In this document: one piece after another, positions 60,373 through 64,000 of the stretch | How the letters are laid out: every line of letters begins with the position of its first letter | How positions within the stretch are numbered: the stretch's first letter is position 1 | IMG/VR virus record: IMGVR_UViG_3300001460_000016 | Location: 13,116-77,115 of that record | Source of the DNA: a virus | DNA: 64,000 bases | Direction: 5' to 3' (one strand) | Position numbers and translations under genes: made by a program | The notes under the pieces: model-generated | What the model was told of the DNA's origin: nothing | The model's input: only the letters and a program-made list of their open reading frames with translations | The model's database searches: none

Positions 60373-60569
60373 TGTTGATGTCTCACGATGAACTAGTAAA
60401 TTACTATAAAACAAATTTTGCTCTAATGAAATTTCATAACTATACATTAGAGGACTTGGAAAATATGTTACCGTGGGAACGAGAACTCTATATCATAATG
60501 GTTGAGAATTGGGTCAAGGAACAAAACGACGAGGCTAGAGAACGTCAATCCAAACAAAGAGGAAAGTAA
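60369..60569 (+). CDS. 51: Baseplate hub assembly chaperone gp51-like
   Basis: L.NYYKTNFALM..H.Y.L..LENMLPWERELY. Confidence 0.9.
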   Translation: MMLMSHDELVNYYKTNFALMKFHNYTLEDLENMLPWERELYIIMVENWVKEQNDEARERQSKQRGK

Positions 60570-61931
60570 ATGCTTCCAAGATTACTAGGCGCGGGATTAA
60601 AAGGAATGGGATCTTCAGTCGGCGGCGCTATACAGAATTCTGTTAGTGGAGGTGCCAAAGCATTAGGAGCAATAGCTTTATCTCAAACAGAACCAGAAGT
60701 TTTAGCTACAATGGCTGGTGGTAAAGCACTACTGAGTAAGCTTAAAAGAACACCAACCGTTCGATCTCCTCAATTAAATACATCTGATGAAGTAGAAGAT
60801 TTTAGTTCACCGGTAACAGACGGAAATCTAGAAAAAGCCATCGAGGACATGGGTAAGTCTATTACAGGTAGACTCTCTAAAATGGAAGATGTGTTAAGTG
60901 ACGACCTCTTCAGTATTAATTTTACAACAGGTATAATGTCTACCGCGTTGGAAGAAATTGCAGGGACCGTCTCTATGATTTTGGGATCACTACCAGACTT
61001 GGAAAGTAGAAGAGAAAAAAGTAGACGAAATAGAGAAACATCAAAGTTTCAAAATAAAAACATTAAATTGTTAACACGAATATCATCCGGATCTGGAAGT
61101 GGAGACTCCGGTGGAAGTGGATTAATGTCAATGTTAGCTCCATTACTCATACCATTAATACCAATCGTGCTAAAAATTGTTGGTATCATTACTCTAGCTG
61201 TCATTGGACTTGCAACTCAAATAACGATAGCAGCGAAGTTATTCGAGAAATTTAAAAAACCAATCATGGATTTTATCAATTTTTTCAAGGATTTTCCTTA
61301 CAAAAAACTATTAGATGACTTTCTTGGACGAAATTCTCGTATCCCCGGCCGCGCCGCTCCAGCTGAGACTGTTTCATCCTTCAACCCCGACGGCACCAGA
61401 AAAACCGAAAGACAAATAGATGAAGAACAACTGAAGGCGAACGCGGAAAAGAAATTAAACCATGGTATAGGTTTAGTAGAGAGTTCATTGCAAGCAAGAA
61501 GAACGAAAAATATTTTAGACAATGGTGGAACAATGGAAGATGTTACCACCAAGAGAATAGAGGAAATGCACGATCGATTTGGAGTCCGGCGTAAAGTAGA
61601 TCCGAATGAAGAGATTGATCAAGTCCCATTGTTTCGTAAAGATGATCCCAATGTACTCTTCGAGACTCCAGTTCGTTTAACTCCAAAAAATGTTAAACCT
61701 AGTGATTTGAATCCAACTAATGCTCCCCAACGTGAACTAACTCCAGAAAGGGCCAAGGAGGCCGCGGACAGATTTCAAGATATTATTGGTGGTGATTCTG
61801 GATTCAAGGGCGGAGATAAGGTTTTACCCACAAAGGTTTCCTCTGTAACAAATATCTTTAATCCAGTAGAACCACGATCTCCCTTTCGAGACTTTATTAC
61901 CGGTTACCCTACTGGCATAGGTTTTGCATAA
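60570..61931 (+). CDS. Putative tape-measure / hub protein (gp29 position)
   Basis: Follows gp26-gp51; helical, with a long hydrophobic segment (LAPLLIPLIPIVLKIVGIITLAVIGLA); assigned by position. Confidence 0.5.
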   Translation: MLPRLLGAGLKGMGSSVGGAIQNSVSGGAKALGAIALSQTEPEVLATMAGGKALLSKLKRTPTVRSPQLNTSDEVEDFSSPVTDGNLEKAIEDMGKSITGRLSKMEDVLSDDLFSINFTTGIMSTALEEIAGTVSMILGSLPDLESRREKSRRNRETSKFQNKNIKLLTRISSGSGSGDSGGSGLMSMLAPLLIPLIPIVLKIVGIITLAVIGLATQITIAAKLFEKFKKPIMDFINFFKDFPYKKLLDDFLGRNSRIPGRAAPAETVSSFNPDGTRKTERQIDEEQLKANAEKKLNHGIGLVESSLQARRTKNILDNGGTMEDVTTKRIEEMHDRFGVRRKVDPNEEIDQVPLFRKDDPNVLFETPVRLTPKNVKPSDLNPTNAPQRELTPERAKEAADRFQDIIGGDSGFKGGDKVLPTKVSSVTNIFNPVEPRSPFRDFITGYPTGIGFA

Positions 61932-61932
61932 T

Positions 61933-61959
61933 AAAAAAGTGGGGTCCGAAGACCCCACT
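61933..61959 (-). terminator. Rho-independent terminator after gp32, between convergent genes
   Basis: AGTGGGGTC-TTCG-GACCCCACT followed by a T run on the minus strand. Confidence 0.9.
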
Positions 61960-61981
61960 CTCTCAAACTCTTTAATTAATT

Positions 61982-62866
61982 TCAACCTTCGTTAGCGAGA
62001 CGCTCGAAGTACGACATTGCGTCGTCCTCTTGCTCAGGCGCGACGGCTGCAGCCTTCTCCGGTGCAGGAGTAGGAGTTCGTTCCTCGTAGGAAACCGTAG
62101 TCTCCTCCGCAGTCGAAGTGTTCTCCGTACCAGAGAGAACCCGATCAAGCTTGGTCTTCAGTTCATCGTAAGACTTGAAGTTGCTCTTGTCACTGAATTC
62201 GGAAAGATCGTACTGCTTGTTGTAAAGCGTTTCGAGTTCCGTATCATCACCACCGAGAAGTTCAGAAGGCTGTTCGAATTCTGACTTGTCGTAGTTGGTG
62301 TAACCAGCAACCTTGCGAACCTTAAGACGGAAGTTAGCACCCTTCCAGAAGTCGAACGGATTGATTGCCGCTTCGTCTTCAAACTCAGGGTTCATGGCTT
62401 CGTTGATCTTGTCGAAGATCTTCTTACCATACTTGTAAAGGAAAATCTTTCCTTCGTTCTCGGGGTTGGATGGATCACTGACAACGTAGATGTTGCTGAT
62501 GTAACTAAGCTTACGCTTTCGTTCACGAGCGATATCCTTATCAGATTCCATACCAGAGTTCCACAGACGAGTGTTCATCTCTGAAACGGGATCCTTATCA
62601 CCGAGGGTGGTACGAGAGTTCTCGATGTACCAGCCACCGGGGCCCTTGAAGGCGTGATTGAACAGACGTACCCATGGGATGTCCTGAGACTCGCCTGGCG
62701 GGAGGAAGCGGACAACGGCGTATCCATTCCCCGATTGATCCTGAGTTGCACGCCAGAATCGATCGTCCTTGTAGGACTTACTACCCTTGCTCATCTTCTC
62801 CATCTCGGCGTTAAGACGAGCGGTCATGTCTGCGGTTGAATTGTTCTTTAGGTCTTTGAATGACAT
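61982..62866 (-). CDS. 32: Single-stranded DNA-binding protein gp32
   Basis: DDRFW, GNGYAVVRFLP, GGWYIENS.TTLG..DPV, YKYGKKIFDKI, PFDFWKGANF.LK, FKSYDELK. Confidence 0.98.
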   Translation of the reverse strand: MSFKDLKNNSTADMTARLNAEMEKMSKGSKSYKDDRFWRATQDQSGNGYAVVRFLPPGESQDIPWVRLFNHAFKGPGGWYIENSRTTLGDKDPVSEMNTRLWNSGMESDKDIARERKRKLSYISNIYVVSDPSNPENEGKIFLYKYGKKIFDKINEAMNPEFEDEAAINPFDFWKGANFRLKVRKVAGYTNYDKSEFEQPSELLGGDDTELETLYNKQYDLSEFSDKSNFKSYDELKTKLDRVLSGTENTSTAEETTVSYEERTPTPAPEKAAAVAPEQEDDAMSYFERLANEG

Positions 62867-62893
62867 TATATGTCTCCTTGTTTTGTGTACTTT

Positions 62894-62922
62894 AGTATAC
62901 TAGATGTTTTGTGTGTTGTCAA
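62894..62922 (-). promoter_or_regulatory. Sigma70-type promoter of gp32
   Basis: TTGACA-17 nt-TATACT. Confidence 0.85.
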
Positions 62923-62924
62923 TA

Positions 62925-63146
62925 TTAAAACGGTAATTTAGTTTTCTTTGGTAATAGATTGTTGTTTGCGCCCTCCACTTCTATCTTTTCAATAATTGGC
63001 TTGGATAAATGCTTTGCAGCAAGTTTTGGTTCAATACTCATCTCTTCACAAAGTTCTACTACTGCTTCCATATACTCGCAGTTGTTCTTGCGAACCTTGT
63101 CTTCTACTTGTTTGGAGAATGAACTCTCCGTCATTTCAAAAATCAT
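62925..63146 (-). CDS. 33: Late transcription co-activator gp33
   Basis: FS..VE..V......YMEAVV..CEE..IEP...AK.LSKPI.EKI..E....NLL. Confidence 0.88.
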   Translation of the reverse strand: MIFEMTESSFSKQVEDKVRKNNCEYMEAVVELCEEMSIEPKLAAKHLSKPIIEKIEVEGANNNLLPKKTKLPF

Positions 63147-63521
63147 TTAATACTCCAGTTTTACGACACCTTCAGGCATCGTGTAGTAAATCGAATCAAA
63201 ATACATTTTACACCAAGGCATACACAGTTGGCAAGGCCTTGCGATTCGCATTTCTCCGAATCGGTTAAAACGTAAGTTAAACAGTGTAAGGTTCTTTTTA
63301 TACTTGCACTTCAGAACCGCGTCAAGTTCCGAGTGAACCTCGTCGTATCGGTAACCGATACGTTTGGCTTCAGGGTGTGTCTTGCCCATACCATTGACAC
63401 CAGCAGACACAATCTGATTCTTGTAGACGATAAGAGAACAATGTTTCTTCGATCGTTCGATGGAAAGACACTGATCTTTACCGGTCTCAAGAAATTTATC
63501 TAATCGTTTTTGCGTAATCAT
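63147..63521 (-). CDS. Zinc-dependent cytidine/dCMP deaminase-fold protein
   Basis: HSE...RPCQLC zinc motif; H...IV....IVS.G.N. Confidence 0.8.
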   Translation of the reverse strand: MITQKRLDKFLETGKDQCLSIERSKKHCSLIVYKNQIVSAGVNGMGKTHPEAKRIGYRYDEVHSELDAVLKCKYKKNLTLFNLRFNRFGEMRIARPCQLCMPWCKMYFDSIYYTMPEGVVKLEY

Positions 63522-63529
63522 AATCTAAA

Positions 63530-63602
63530 CTCCCCCGGTTGGACTCGAACCAACGACATGCGAGTTAACAGCTCGCCACTCTACCAACTGAGTTACAGGG
63601 GA
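63530..63602 (-). tRNA. tRNA-Asn (GTT)
   Basis: Cloverleaf TCCCCTG/CGGGGGA, anticodon loop CTGTTAA, TTCGAGT T-loop; CCA not encoded. Confidence 0.95.
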
Positions 63603-63608
63603 AAAAAT

Positions 63609-63681
63609 AGCCACCAACAGGACTCGAACCTGCGACCTGAGCTTTACAAAAGCTCTGCTCTGCCAACTGAGCTACGGTGGC
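63609..63681 (-). tRNA. tRNA-Thr (TGT)
   Basis: GCCACCG/TGGTGGC acceptor stem, anticodon loop TTTGTAA, GGTTCGAGTCC. Confidence 0.95.
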
Positions 63682-63691
63682 GATCACTCAA

Positions 63692-63832
63692 TCACTCGCT
63701 TGACTTGTTCCAAGGAAGAAGTCCACCGAGCCAACCGAAAAACTTAGGACCAGCAAGTGCGCCGGCGACAAAAACTACTACGGTAAAAAATGCGGTTCCG
63801 AGAACCTCTGATGTGGTAATATCTTCAAACAT
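63692..63832 (-). CDS. 46-aa membrane protein
   Basis: Translated by hand: MFEDITTSEVLGTAFFTVVVFVAGALAGPKFFGWLGGLLPWNKSSE; AAGGAG RBS; CCTAAATA at 63868-63875. Confidence 0.75.
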   Translation of the reverse strand: MFEDITTSEVLGTAFFTVVVFVAGALAGPKFFGWLGGLLPWNKSSE

Positions 63833-63879
63833 GTTTATCTCCTTATGTGAAAAGAATTCGACCATTCTATTTAGGTAAG

Positions 63880-63953
<74 letters not shown>

Positions 63954-64000
63954 AATAGGCAAGACTGCCGTAAGTCCTTATGTGGCAAGGACTTGTTGAT

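Noticed and set aside
63510-63878. 122-aa plus-strand ORF
   Set aside because: It is the reverse complement of two tRNAs and the small membrane gene

Overview
A 64-kb segment of a large T4-like myophage (gene order closer to cyanophage/pelagiphage-type T4-like phages than to T4 itself), almost entirely on the minus strand. From left to right it carries: a sugar-modification cluster (SAM methyltransferase, short DegT aminotransferase, formyltransferase, GT-D-like, GT2 and GT32 glycosyltransferases); regA; the clamp and clamp-loader genes (gp62, gp44, gp45), with a DUF4338-like gene and a GroES-like gene inserted; RNase H, gp46/gp47, gp55, uvsW, uvsY; the head module (gp23-gp20); tail, terminase and neck genes (gp19-gp13); PAAR, a fibre-like gene, a 2535-aa DUF4815-type protein and the baseplate genes; gp2/gp4; a plus-strand gp26-gp51-putative tape-measure unit; gp32, gp33, a deaminase and three tRNAs. 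Many T4-type late promoters, three clean sigma70 promoters and two UUCG terminators are visible. Most notable observations: (1) a candidate virion-glycosylation system, i.e. a glyco cluster behind a late promoter plus a G-x-[S/T] motif recurring in surface structural proteins; (2) a T TTT TTT slippery site that would fuse gp26 to gp51 by -1 frameshift just upstream of the putative tape measure, like the lambda G/G-T chaperones; (3) Cys-rich orphan genes inside the head and baseplate modules; (4) apparent CCWGG avoidance. All family calls come from motif recognition and synteny; no database search was run.
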